Of a DNA stretch of 64,000 bases, positions 1 through 48,801 are shown piece after piece (within the stretch, counting starts at the first letter, position 1; each line of letters begins with the position of its first letter). Origin of the DNA: Podarcis melisellensis (Eukaryota); the NCBI GenBank assembly GCA_964234715.1, contig OZ174279.1; one strand, 5' to 3'. Under the pieces are notes generated by a model. It was not told the origin of the DNA. It saw nothing but the letters and a program-made list of their open reading frames with translations, and did no database searches. Position numbers and translations under genes: made by a program.

Positions 1-861
1 ACCGCCATCCTTCTCTCTCCTTGTGCTGCCACTGCTATGTTGAAAGTTTGAAAGGCTGCAATTATGCAAACAGTGAGGAAGGGAGGACCAAAAGAAGTCC
101 TCTGAAGGTTGGAATGGGCACAAAGAGATATGGCTTCAATGGCAAATGGAAGACATGTGATTTTCTCTTCAAAAAGAAAGTGTTTGTTAAGAGTGATGAG
201 TAGCAAACGCCGTAAACTGCGAAACTCCGCAGGGTAGGCATTGTCTGGCATGTTTTGAGTCAAATACAGTCTGATCTTTACCCACTGCTGTAAATTGCTC
301 ACTTAGTCTACTTGCTTTCACATGTCACCAGCTTCCTTTAGGCATTAAGAGGATAAAATTTGCGGACGTGTCTGTTTCAATACGGAATGATACAGCCCTT
401 GTAAATCAAGAGAGCTGTAAGAGGGGCATAAACATCTAGTTGGTGCATTTTATTGGAAGGGGAGAGAAAGCTCTTTTAAAGGCTTCAGCACTTGGAAAGC
501 ATTTTATTGACTGAGATGATCTTTTTAAAAATAAAAATCAAGCCTTCCTTTCTCCTCTATTCTATTTCGTCCTTCAATCCCTTGCATCATAGGAACATTC
601 TTTCTGAGCGTCTCAGTTTCGAGAACCTGAAGATACTTCTTTCTCTCTGAGAGCCATTGCAGAATCTGGCCAACAAGCCCCAAAAGCCAGTAGTTAATCC
701 ACATAGTCTCTTACACCATCAGAGCTGGTGTCGACACATGGCACTCTTGGACAGCTGTGCTGCCTTAGATGATTAGTTCTGCAGAACTGCCATTTTAATG
801 CACTGAAATAGTCTTCCTTTGAGGCATTGTGGGAAATTAAAATGAAGGCTGCAAGCCTCTA

Positions 862-1103
862 AAGTGGTACCTCAGGCTACATACAATTCAGGTTACATAT
901 GCTTCAGGTTACAGACTCCGCTAACCCAGAAATATTACCTCGGGTTAAGAACTTTGCTTCAGGATGAAAACAGAAATTGCGCTGTGGCGGCGTGGCAACA
1001 GCGGGAGGCCCCATTAGTTAAAGTGGTGCTTCAGGTTAAGAACAGTTTCAGGTTAAGAACGGACCTCCAGAACGAATTAAGTACGTAACCAGAGGTACCA
1101 CTG
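862..1103. mobile_element. Tc1/mariner (Tigger/pogo-like) MITE, family A
   Basis: TIR (c)AGTGGTACCTC...GAGGTACCACTG, TA flanks, repeated internal cttcaggtt motif; highly similar copy at 22882. Confidence 0.85.
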
Positions 1104-2528
1104 TACTGCCATCAGGTAAGCTCAAGGGTATAGGAAGGGGTCCACTGCAGAGCACTTTCTTGGACAGGGGCTCAAATCTACAGCTGACCCTGAATACCAC
1201 CATGCTGAAATTGTGCAGCATGAGCCCCTTGGGAGGCTTGTGCGTAGTGGGGATACAGCATCCTCGCAAATCCTTTCCTCTTCTGCTTTGTTTTAACTTA
1301 CATTTGGTTTTGCACTCATTTGCAGTTGAAGCTGCCAGTAACTTTTAAAGCGATCAGAATGTCTCTGGAACTGAATTTGGGCTTTGAAATGGATGCTGTA
1401 GAAGTAAAAGTGGTTCTTATGATGTTTTGGAGATTTATCTCTGCTTGAATATTATTATTATTATTATCATCAACATACCATTGTGGTTTATGGTGAACAT
1501 CTCCCTGCCCCAGTCCACATTCTGATACTGGGTCCTATTACAGGTCTATGGGCAGTTATGGACAAGATGGTGTTCAAGAAAGCACAAGGCTTTTGGTGGT
1601 GTCATGGAACACGGTGCACCCACTTTGAAATGAAGTGGACTTGAGCACACATGTATGGGATTCATCTGTGAGGGCATAAAGATAGATGGGATAAAGAAGG
1701 GAATAAGTTGTTTCAGCTGGAGGTGGGGCTGGATGGAAGACAGTGTAGGAGCTTAGACCATCTGTAGCCCTCTAGATATTGTTGGCCTACAATACACCCC
1801 TAACCATTGACTTTGCTGGCTGCGACAGTAGTAAAAATAGCTTTCTCCTCCTTGATCAAAGCAAGAACATTTTGATAGAGGATTTTTTGAACAAAGGCAA
1901 AATGATTGAGTTGTGACAAGGGAAGTCTACAGGGACAGCTGCGAAAAAGCATAAAGCATGAAACAAAAACTATACAGTGAGAGATGCCAGAGCTTGATTG
2001 TTTTTCTGAGGGAACTCAGAGGAAGAGGAAAATTTCCCCAATAATACATCTGAACAATTTTTTCCTGATTGTATATCTACTGACCATTTGCTCTGGAGGA
2101 AGCTGCCTTCAATTCTTTTAGCAGAGGTGTGTCACTTTCATTGTAAGTAATGGCTGCTTTGCCCTTACCCAGAACTAATTTAGAATATATCAGTCTTGTT
2201 ATTGTTAAAAGAGAGACAGAGAAAATTAGACTAAAATAAAACACTCGAAAATTGGCTCTCCAAAGTATCATAATAGATAAACATACTGTTCTCTTATAAG
2301 ATAGAAAATACAAAACCTGTGGTTTATTTATTTATTCAATTTATTAAACACATCTTTTACCTTGTACCTCAGCCAACAAGGCTCCCCAAGTGGTTTTCAT
2401 GATTAGAACAATAAAATATTATTAAAACCAGCCTTTGTGAACCTGGTGCCTTCCAGATATTTTGGACTACGGTTCCCATCAGCCCCACAGCATTGGGTCC
2501 ATCTAGTTTAGTTCAGTACTTTCTATGC

Positions 2529-2664
2529 CAGGGTTTTCCAAACTTGAGTCTCCAGCTGGTTTTGGACTAGAATTCCCATCATCCCTGACCAATATTCCTG
2601 CTAGTTAAGGATGATGGGAGTTGTAGTCTGACAACAGCTGGAGACGCAACTTTGGGAAACCCTG
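2529..2664. mobile_element. Palindromic hAT-type MITE
   Basis: CAGGGTTTTCCAAAC...TTTGGGAAACCCTG with internal inverted cccatcatcc/ggatgatggg; degenerate 8-bp flanks ttctatgc/gtctacac. Confidence 0.75.
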
Positions 2665-4077
2665 GTCTACACTGGGAAACCCTGGTCTACACTGACAGGC
2701 AGTTGCTTTCCAGAAACCATTCTGCATCACGTGCTGAAAATCAGCCTGGAGCAATCTGATCGCTGTGTTGAATTGACAATCAAACCAGAACCCTTTCCTG
2801 ATCCTCATTATAATCAGCCCTGAGAAAATGAAATTCAAAAGAGCTCTAAAAATCACGGTGGAAATTATTTTACAATAACATTGACCCTTACCCCACAACA
2901 GGAATCCCAAATCTTGCTGGCAGCTTTCTCTTCTCGTGTATTGCCATTTAGAATATCAAACAATGCAAACCCCCCCCATTCAAAACACAGAGTTGGAATC
3001 AAAAGGTGAGTAAATGCTGGGTGAACTGAAATAAATGTGGAACTTGTAATTTAAGCTGCTGCTGACACCCTAAAGTAAGACTTTAATTTTGTGCTTGCAC
3101 ATTTCAAGGCTCAAAGACCCTTCTCCAGTTTCTGCCTCTGCTTTCAACTGACCTCCTTTTATTTTTACAACTAGGCAGTGCACAGAATGAAGTTCTCTCC
3201 CCTCATCTGTGCTTCACATGGTTTATAATTTGCTGCCACAGAAAGTACAGGTTTCAGATGAAGGAGAATGGACTCTATCCAATTACAGAGCCATTTACAG
3301 GTAAAAAGTTGTGGGTGGTAAACTGAAAGAGGCTTGAGCAACATTGCCTCCCACTCCCCTTCCGACCTTTCGCTCTTTATGGCAGTCCCTCAAGTGAAGA
3401 ACAGGTTTGCAGTTCATTAGCTGGCCAGAATGGCATAGATTCGTTCGCAGCCCCCACCTCTTGTATAAGAGTTTTCAGGGCGAACAAAAGTATCCATAGC
3501 TTTCAGTCATAACAAAGAGCACTCAAATTAACACCATCAAAACATTACATGGCACAACAGAAAAGGCTAGCTTTATGCATTCTAGGAACCACATTGTTGA
3601 AATTTATATTTAATCAAATTACCAACCATACACACACCAGCTTTCTTTTCACACCTTGTATTTTTGTGGCGTTTATTCCAATGTCAGTTTCGTTTATCCA
3701 AGCTTAGAGGTGGGCTTCAGTGACTCCCTATAATTCATTTTACTTATTTCTAGGGAATTATCATTAGTTATGATTTAGAAATGGCAGCAGATGAATGGGG
3801 ACCATGTGCTAGCTATGTAAATAGCTTACCTCCTTACTACTAAAAGTACTTGTAACAATAAGGGGAATTAAAACCTTACATTACTACTTACCCATTTCTC
3901 CAGACACCTTAACAGCTATAAACGGGTGGTAATGTGGGAGAATTTTCATGGTGTGGTACCCAACATTAGTCATAAGAGTACACTCACTAAAATACATGGA
4001 CCAGGCCTTTTATTTCAGTGGGTCTGTTCTGAGTGTGTCTAACCTCCGTTTTTACCCGTTGTCCACATACTGTAGAG

Positions 4078-4402
4078 CAGGGATGGGGGAAACCTCAGGC
4101 TCGGGGGCCCAAATGCAGCCCATCCAGATTCTCTCTCTCTGGCCCACAGGACTCTCTCCAAGCCACACATCCTCTTAAACCACTGCTTTGCAGTGCCTGC
4201 CATATGGCCCTGAACTCATTGCATAAAGCCTTTTGCTTGCCTGCATGGGGCATAGAGAGTGGTGTGTGTAGAAACTAGTTTACTGTACAAAGATAACATT
4301 CATATGTATTGTTCCTCCTCCTTTTCCCTTGCCTCCACCGCTGGATAGTTGCCCAGAAGACAATGTGGGCATCAGGATGAAGCACGTTTCCTAGTCCCAC
4401 TG
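4078..4402. mobile_element. Degraded hAT-Charlie-like non-autonomous element
   Basis: Left end CAGGGATGGGGAAACC...ggcccaaatgcagccc; degenerate right end. Confidence 0.45.
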
Positions 4403-5556
4403 TTGAAGTATCAAAGAGTAACCTCCTAAGAGTTCACAGCATGGCTTTAATTCATCCGAATCTGTTCTTGCAACATTTCCCTCTTGACATAGGCAACCAG
4501 CAAATAAAATGCATTCTGTTGAATGGGGTCATCCATTCATGTCTTTCTTTCTCCTCTACATTTCTTTCTTTACCACTGTTGGATTCACCTTAAGGACCAT
4601 TATGTATGCCATATAAATGCTAGCTGTTCCTATCAACATTGCTTCTTTCTGTCAGTTCTTAACCTGCCAATGTATTGGCTGTGGGAAAGCAAGGACTTCT
4701 CACTCTTTTCTTTGGGTTTTCTACCATGCTCTTCCACAGTTACGATTTAATGAGAGTGCATCAGAAAGGAGTGAAAATTTTTGAGAGAACTGTCCTGGAG
4801 ACTTATGTAATTCAGAATTTAATCACCTAGAACAGTGAAGGAACTAGGGCATGATTCAATCCCACCCACTGCCCACTCCCTGCCTAAGCAAAGCCTTATA
4901 TTTTGGTCCAAGAGAATGTCTCATCTTTGTATACAATGGATTGGCAGTCGCTCCAGCTGTGAGAGATGCAGTTTAATGGTCTGCAGAGCTAATAAAATTT
5001 AAAATCCAGCAATCATTCTCTTTAACTGTAAATTGGAGGCGTGGATCTGCTACAGTTATCTTCTGTGTTTAATGGAGGTAGAATAAAATACTGCTGGCAA
5101 ATCTGGATGGCTTGAAAGCGATGCTGGCCTTAATGCAAAAGCTGTAGTGTGCATGGTTAGAGAAGTAGCACCTTCTGATGTTTGCCCATAAGTCAAAGAG
5201 GTAAGTTTTTAAAATAGTATTTGGGTTGCTGTTGATGTGCTGGACCTGCCGCTAATCATATTAGTCTGTTCCACATGTAGGATCGCTATACTACATTACA
5301 TCCAAATCTGAAACTTAGCAGTCCTAGTCTTTCCTTAAAAGGGAACGGCCCACACTCTTATTACAACATTGTGTAGTGTGTTTTCAACACTATGGCTACA
5401 TTCACATGGCAGTTTATTCCATTTCCTTGATGTTTCCTTAACTGCTGATTTCTGCGTTATATTTGAGCTTTCATGTGATGTAAAAGCCACTGATGAAATA
5501 TAGCACATTCTTATCATTTATTTCTGTGCTTTTTTAGTCCAGAAAAAACCATTTGC

Positions 5557-5737
5557 AAGGTAAACGGCATTTCCGTGCGCTGCTCTGGTTTGCCAGAAGT
5601 GGCTTAGTCATGCTGGCCACATGACCTGGAAGCTGTACGCCGGCTCCCTCAGCCAATAAAGCAAGATGAATGCTGCAACCCCAGAGTTGTCCGCGACTGG
5701 GCCTAATGGTCAGGGTCCCTTTACCCTTTACCTTTAC
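5557..5737 (+). mobile_element. Sauria SINE, 5'-truncated
   Basis: Sauria SINE body ending in an (ACCTTT)n tail; homologous to 20810..20957. Confidence 0.88.
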
Positions 5738-7344
5738 TGTCAATACAGGTTTTTCTTGCCATTTTCAGAAGCACCTATGCACAGAAAGGGTAGGGGAGTA
5801 GCAAAGTTGTCCAATGGCATTCATTCTTGTGTCGCGCCACACCTACTGGTGTGAATCGAATTCAGCTCAACATGCCACTATATAGCATGTCCAGCAGTGT
5901 GAAAAGAACATAAGAAAATGGAACAGAAGCACTAGGATTACAATCAGGCAAACTACCGCAATATTCCCCATGTCTGAATGCACCCTGTGTTTGGCAGCTT
6001 AACAAACCACTACAGAAAGTATGTCTAAATGAAGTAGGGTGGGTAATGCCTTCTACATCTATATGCTTTGATATGAAATGCATGATGTACCTTAGAACAC
6101 AGACAGACAGCAATTCATGTAGTTCTCAGCAAAGCACTGACACAACTTGTGCTGGGATTCTTCTACTGTACTTTTGCCTCTTAAGAAGCTCAGATGTCCA
6201 TGGCTGCTTCCCATTCCAGTTTCTGAAGTTCTTTCTCCTTATCCTAAGGTTATTTATTATCCCATGCCTTTCAAATTAGTATAGGCCTCACAATTTATCA
6301 AAGCTGGCGTTCTATTTATGGTGGATCAAGTTCTGCTCTTTGTTACAACTGCATGGGGCCCAGCAGTCTCCCAGCTTCCCAGGTTAGAGAGCCACTGGCT
6401 AATTCCAAATTGAACAAATTGCTTATAGCATTTCTTCAAATGTTTTGCAGTGCTAACTCCAACCACCCGTGTTATGTTAATCACTGTCATTCAAGCGTTT
6501 GGGAATGTTTCTTTTCTTTTGCTTCTTCTTTTTTTTGTAAGTGGCTGAAACATTCAGACAGATTTTTATAAATTACCTTCTTACTGAAAGACTTGTTTTC
6601 CTGTTTGTTTAAAACTGGCATTCATACATACAGGAAACATACACATTGCTTCCTGCCATGTTTCTGTTGGCAAGTATTAAGTTATCTTTGTCAGGACGTG
6701 CCAACAGGCTTTCTTAGCAAGCAAGCAGAAATAAAACAAGTAGTCCTCAGACTAAACAGATGCCTCGCTTGAGTTGCACTGCAGGCCCCCCGCCTCATCA
6801 AGAGCTTCCTTCCTAAACAAAACAAGGAGGGTTTGCCAATCTCTGCTTCGTAACTTTATTTGTAGTGGTCAAATAAAATCTATGGGCATGATCCAGTCAT
6901 AGTTAAAGCTCTTAGACTATGCACACTTAACATGGAAAAAGTTCCATTGGACACAGTGCAGCTTAACTTTGGAATAAGTATGCCTTGAACTGGGCTGCAC
7001 GTCTCATTGATTTTCGTGAAAGAAATTTACACATGTGTTCTCACATGCGTGTCCTACTCTCTCACCGAGATCAAGGGAACAAACCTTTGGCTGGATATTG
7101 CAGCTGTCAGAGCTCCAGATTGTAAAGTTGCTTCATGTTGGCATGATGATCTGAATTTTGTCTTTCAAGAAATGATTTTGGAGGCAGAGGAGCAGAATGA
7201 TAAAGATTTTGTCAATATACTTTTACAGAGTAAGGTAGTGTTTAAACTTTAAAACCACTATAGTCCTCAACTGTAGCTTGCATTTTAAACTCACTTAGTT
7301 ATAAGAAATGTCTGTACAGAGCAGCAGCACTGGGGGATGTGATA

Positions 7345-7604
7345 CAGTGGTACCTCTAGATGTGAACGGGATCCATTCTGGAGCCCTGTCCGCATCTAGA
7401 AGCAAGCGTAACCAGCAACGGCAAGTCTGTGCATGCGTGTGTCGCTTTTTGCCGCTTCTGCGCATGCGCATGGCGTAATTTTGAGCGTCTGTGCATGCGC
7501 AAGCGCCAAAACCCAGAAGTAATGCGTTCCGTTACTTCCGGATTGCCGCGGAGCACAACTCGAACACGCTCATCCTGAAGCACATTCAACCCGAGGTATG
7601 ACTG
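7345..7604 (+). mobile_element. Tc1/mariner MITE, family B (CpG-rich)
   Basis: ta|CAGTGGTACCTC...GAGGTATGACTG|ta; inverted homolog at 25789. Confidence 0.85.
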
Positions 7605-8834
7605 TATTTAATTGCTTCCTATGTTCTTGTGTTTCACTGTAGCTCTGCAACTGGCCATACTGTCTTTTCACATGGCCAGTGCACACCCAGTTTGCTGTGT
7701 GACTATGTCCACACCTGGAAATGAGGAACATACCCTCAATAAACTTGGAAGTCATAAGAGTGTTGCTGAATGCAAAAGCTCCAGCACCAAGCTGACTTGC
7801 AGATATTATTTTTAAATAGTTCTTTTCTCAACTGAGAAAGGAGTATTTATCCTAGTTTAGTGTATCAGCTTTCTTTAAAGTAATTAATAATGAAGCAGGC
7901 TTTTAGCATCCCTCAAACAAGGTAAAACTCTTAATCACAGTAGTATCATTACTGCTTTCAAGCATTTAATTTTGATCCTTGACAACATGTTGAAGCCATC
8001 AAGCATGGTTATGTTCCCCTTAAGGATGAAAGAATATTTGAAGAAACTGATTTAATTTGATGTGAAATATATATATCTGCAGTGATCCACTTTTAGTTGT
8101 GCACAGAGATTACTGTGTAGTGCTATCCAGATCTTCAGGATTCTCATTTTCATTGGTTTCCTGCAGACCAAAGACTTTTCACTTAGTTGATTTCTTCTTG
8201 TTACTTTCTTCTAATCTGAGTCAGTCATGAAATAGTGTTACCTGAACTCTACCATATTTAGCAAGTGCCAAAGGCCTGCTGCAATAACTCAGCGTTTGCT
8301 AGCCTAAGGAAATTGCTTTATTATGCTGTTTGGGCAAAGTTTTGTTCCAAGTCTGCTGTCCTCTTCTTTGTTTGTAGGCCACAAGCTCGGAACAGCAGTA
8401 ATAAAACTACTGGTAGGTGTTTAATGGTAGAGTACTGAGGAAGTAGATAAAAGAAAATTGCTCCATTCACAACAGTAGGGAGCAAGTCTTTCTGAGTGAG
8501 GAGGGGCAAGATAGTGAACTACTGAGTTTGGGCCTGCATAAAGTTACACAGCCATTTACTCAGGGACAATTTCCTCCTTATTCCACTCCCAGAGCATACC
8601 AAATTCACCAAGAAACATGTTATCTGCATGAATGAACATACAATGGATAACATACCATCTATGGAATAAATATATAAGATGCATATCCCCGATAATAAGT
8701 ACGGTATATAAGATGCATATTCCTGGTTGGCAACTAGCTTTCTTGAATGCACACTTTAGAAAAAAAAAGTGAGGGGCACGTATCTGAATTCTTGGGTTAT
8801 AGCACAAAAAGCATGGAAGGGAATATAGTTTTCA

Positions 8835-8990
8835 CTTGCCTTTAATCCAAGGCCACCAAGGTTTGTACAACAACCCCATGAGATAGAGAAGTTGAGACAC
8901 AGTGACTGGCCCCAGGTCATCTGATGAGCTTTGTTCATGCATGGAGATTTAAACATTTGTCTAAACACTCTAACAACTATCCTACACTGA
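8835..8990 (-). mobile_element. Degraded CORE-type SINE
   Basis: acaacaacccc...gagacacagtgactggccccaggtca is the reverse complement of the core seen at 35330..35400. Confidence 0.5.
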
Positions 8991-10978
8991 TTGTGTACAC
9001 AACAGCTGCTTTATATTGATGCAACAATTAGGGGACTTTTAGTTAGCATCTATTTTGTTAAGCTTTAGGTGCTGACTAAAAACAGCAAGTTCTGCTTCTG
9101 TTGAGAAGGATGCTTAGAAGAGTGGTGCCCTAGCTGTCACTCCACCCTTTTCTATCAGTACTTTTAACACAGGTATGAAACTTTGGGTCATAGATTTCAG
9201 CAGATCACTTCATCGTCTGTTGTGCTGTGATACTTTCTGTTTCCAAATATGTGTGACTGGAAAAAATGAAAGGAAGACACCTCCCTCCCCCCACTTCAAG
9301 AAAGAACATCCTCTTAAAGATAGATCGAATCAGAGCTGGTGAAAAATTATTTATGAAAGAAATATTCAGCTGTTCTTGAAGACTCACTCATTAACTAAGG
9401 CATTCAGCTTTCTGGTTGGACTGTCACTAATTTGCTTTTACTATAAACGGTGGTGGTGACTTATCCTGATTTCCTTCCTTGACTTTTGATGCCACTGCAG
9501 AGGGGGGAGAGAAAAAAGTCCTTGAAAAAAGTCTCCTTTGACTTAAAGGTTTTACACAGATATCAAGCCAGGACAGTTGCTTCTGACTGTATTGGGTACC
9601 TTCTATAAATAACTTGATAGCACCCCTTTGAACGAAACCTCCCTGTTTCTGTTATTCAGTATATCTTCATGCACATGAGACTCTGGGTGAGGAACAAACA
9701 GACAGATGGGTAGACGTGTTGAGGGAGGCAGGAGCAGAGCTCCAGAGTCATTTCTAACAGAGATGCCAAACTGTCAAGCAGTAGATCAAGAAACAGTCTT
9801 CCTGACAGACGCAATTCAGCCCAGAGAGTTCCTTTGTGACTATATGTGTGGTGCCTGCTGCTTCGTTTTTCTCCCATCAGACCTGTCTGATATGGTCAAG
9901 TAGTTTTGAAGCTTTCATGTCCGGTTTTCTTTTTGCTGTTGCTGTTTCATGTGACATTTATCTATTTAGTTATTTAAAACAATTCTCAATGAGGTCCTTT
10001 TAAAGATATTAAAATGTTCAATGATAGCTATATTTTCCCCCATAAGGCGTGGCTGTTTCTTTGGGGTCCCCCCCCCGTATGGGATGGAATTATGATTTCA
10101 GTCTGAAAGGTCTCCATAGATCTTCACCCTGCAGTTGTTGTGGGTTCCTGTTGTTTTGAAACACCTGCATATTTCTAGGGTTTTAGGGACAAAGGAGGGA
10201 ATATATTCAGTTTTGGAAGCTGCCTAATCTCTGTCTCTACAGAACAGCTTTTTGCAGATAAGATTTTTTTAAAAATTTCCCTGAATGCCCCCTTTTCTTC
10301 CCCAGAGACCCCCATCATTTGTACCGGTGCTTGTCAGTTGTGGCAGGACTTGATAACAGCTGGCTAGAGATGTGACCACACAGTAACAGAACAGCAAAGA
10401 GTGGGCAGCTTGGATCGTAAATCGTCAGGAAGCCCATTCCTCCAACAGAACTACGAATCTGTTATTGTCATTGTCAAAGGGGAAAGGCATTGTCCCCTGG
10501 CCTGTTAAACATCTCAAGTCCGGGCACCAATGATGCTGTACGGTAAACAACCAGGAGCATCTATTGAGATGTTTCTCATTTATCCCATTGTTTGTTTTAT
10601 CTTAGCTCTCCGTATTGCATTCAAAAATGTAATTCTAAAGAAGCGTGGACTTTCATCCATTTTATAGTACTAGTTGAATTGTCAAAAAAGCCTATTGACC
10701 TTTTTTATTTTTTGCTCTCCAGTGAAATCAAACTTTACTCAAATCAAGCTCTCTCTAGTTATTGGCTGTGTTGCATGCCCAGTGCCCATGGAGCTTCCTT
10801 CCCCTCATTCTCACTTGCACCTCTTAGGTAGCTGGCAATGACAAATGCATGCTTGTGTGGACAATTCCTTTTGTTTAGATTGCTGGCATCTTATTGCATG
10901 ACTCAGTTTGATACCTATCTGATCTTGTGGACTAGGAAAAACTATTTGTTTACTTAGCTAATAAAAAATAAAAGCAAA

Positions 10979-11095
10979 AGGTTGTATCTAAGTTCTACTC
11001 GGCGTAGACCCATTTAAATGAATGAATCTAAGTTAGTCATGCTCCTTAACTTCAATGAGTCTGCACTGAGCAGGGTTAGCTTTGGAAGCAACCCA
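10979..11095. mobile_element. Short hairpin MITE (GGTTGTATC...CAACCC)
   Basis: Inverted ends plus internal gacccatt/aatgagtc; related copies near 3955..4040 and 60556..60761. Confidence 0.5.
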
Positions 11096-11552
11096 AAGTT
11101 GTATGTTCATCAGTAAGCCTAGCGAAGGGTCAAGTGTGAAAACAATAAAGATGAGGGAACATTCATAGGAGACCAGAAGGTCACACAGTCAAATCCTAAA
11201 AGCAAGAATGGAGAAATCTGCTAGAGTTTCTAGCCTATTCTGTGATCATTTACATTCAGATTCACAATTCTACATTGTGAGTCTTCTTTGAAAGTTTTCA
11301 TGTGTCCTAGTGAAGCAAGAGCGGCATAGTTTATTAGTCAGATATCTGCTTTCAGTCTCTGAAGTTCTAATTAAGGCTGAGGGGAGGGGAATCTGTGATT
11401 TTGAGCTGTTTCTAGTCAGAGTAGACAGTACTGTACTTGGCTAGATGGTCCCATGGCTTGACTTGGTATAAAGCAGCTTTAGATGTTCAAAGAAAAGTCC
11501 TGTGTTAGGCCATAGAGCTTGCTCTTTAACCTCCAGGAATCAGTAGTATATA

Positions 11553-11685
11553 GGCTCTAGCTCAGTTGGTTAGAGCATGGTGCTGATAATGCCAAGGTTG
11601 CAAGCTTAATCTCCATCCAGGACAGCTGCATATTCCTACATTGCAGAAGCTTGGACTAGATGATCCTCAGGGTCCCTTCCAACTA
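11553..11685 (+). mobile_element. tRNA-Ile-derived SINE with CR1-like 3' tail
   Basis: tagctcagttggttagagcatggtgctgataatgccaaggt head and ggactagatgatcc...ggtcccttccaac tail. Confidence 0.8.
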
Positions 11686-12515
11686 TATTATAAATAAATT
11701 ATATATTATGGAAATGCCCTCTCGCCAACCACCTGAACTCAGTTAATGGCGGCTACCTGAGAAGGACCTCATTGGAAGACTGTAACACACAGGAAGGTTA
11801 AAATGGGAGGACAAAGTCCTCTGGGCCTCGTCCTACTCCCAACATCATGTAAAGTTTTGCAGGGCCCAGAAGATACCTTTCTCCCATACCTTTCCAGGTA
11901 TTAAAGGTTCCCATTGAGGTCCTTTTCAGGTCCCACTATCCAAGAGTTTCCTCAGTCGCAACTCCTGCTTGCTTCATGCCACTTTTTCAAATTGCCTGAA
12001 AGTGACAGGAAGGTTCATGGAGAGGGAGGGGAATAGGAGGGTTTGCATTGTGTGTGTGCACGCAAGCGATTAAATTGATCAATTTAGGATTGGCCCAGGT
12101 TCTGGATGGGTCCCGAGTCCAATCCTAAATTAATCTGGGAGAACTAATCCAATAAATTAGGTGGCCAGTCCTTCTTCTTTGGACTTTACCTCACTAATGA
12201 TTGTTGCTTAATTTTTATGTAGCGTGGTAGCTTAAACTTTATTGTATCTAGCCAGAGATGCTTTTTGCTGGTTTCAGTGTGGTACAAATGTATCATCAGA
12301 CCTGATGAATGAATGCATGCTACTGATTTCATCAAAGAATATTTCATTACTGCGCCTTGCCAGGGTAGCTTGAAAGACCTCATCAGGGGTCCGAGTCCTA
12401 AAAGAATGAAAGGTGGGCACAGAGCCATCAGACCAATGTGATGGGAAAGGAGGAGGCTCCTCACAGGCCCACAGGCTATATAGTACAATTTACGGCATGG
12501 GCAGTGTTTTAATAG

Positions 12516-48801
<36,286 letters not shown>

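Noticed and set aside
862-1103. Regularly repeated cttcaggtt motif resembling a CRISPR array
   Set aside because: Internal repeats of a TIR-bounded MITE in a vertebrate intron, with no cas genes or unique spacers.
11553-11625. Possible tRNA-Ile gene (also the tRNA-like head at 17131)
   Set aside because: Acceptor and T stems are degenerate, the head is fused to a retroposon tail and it is multi-copy, so these are SINE heads.
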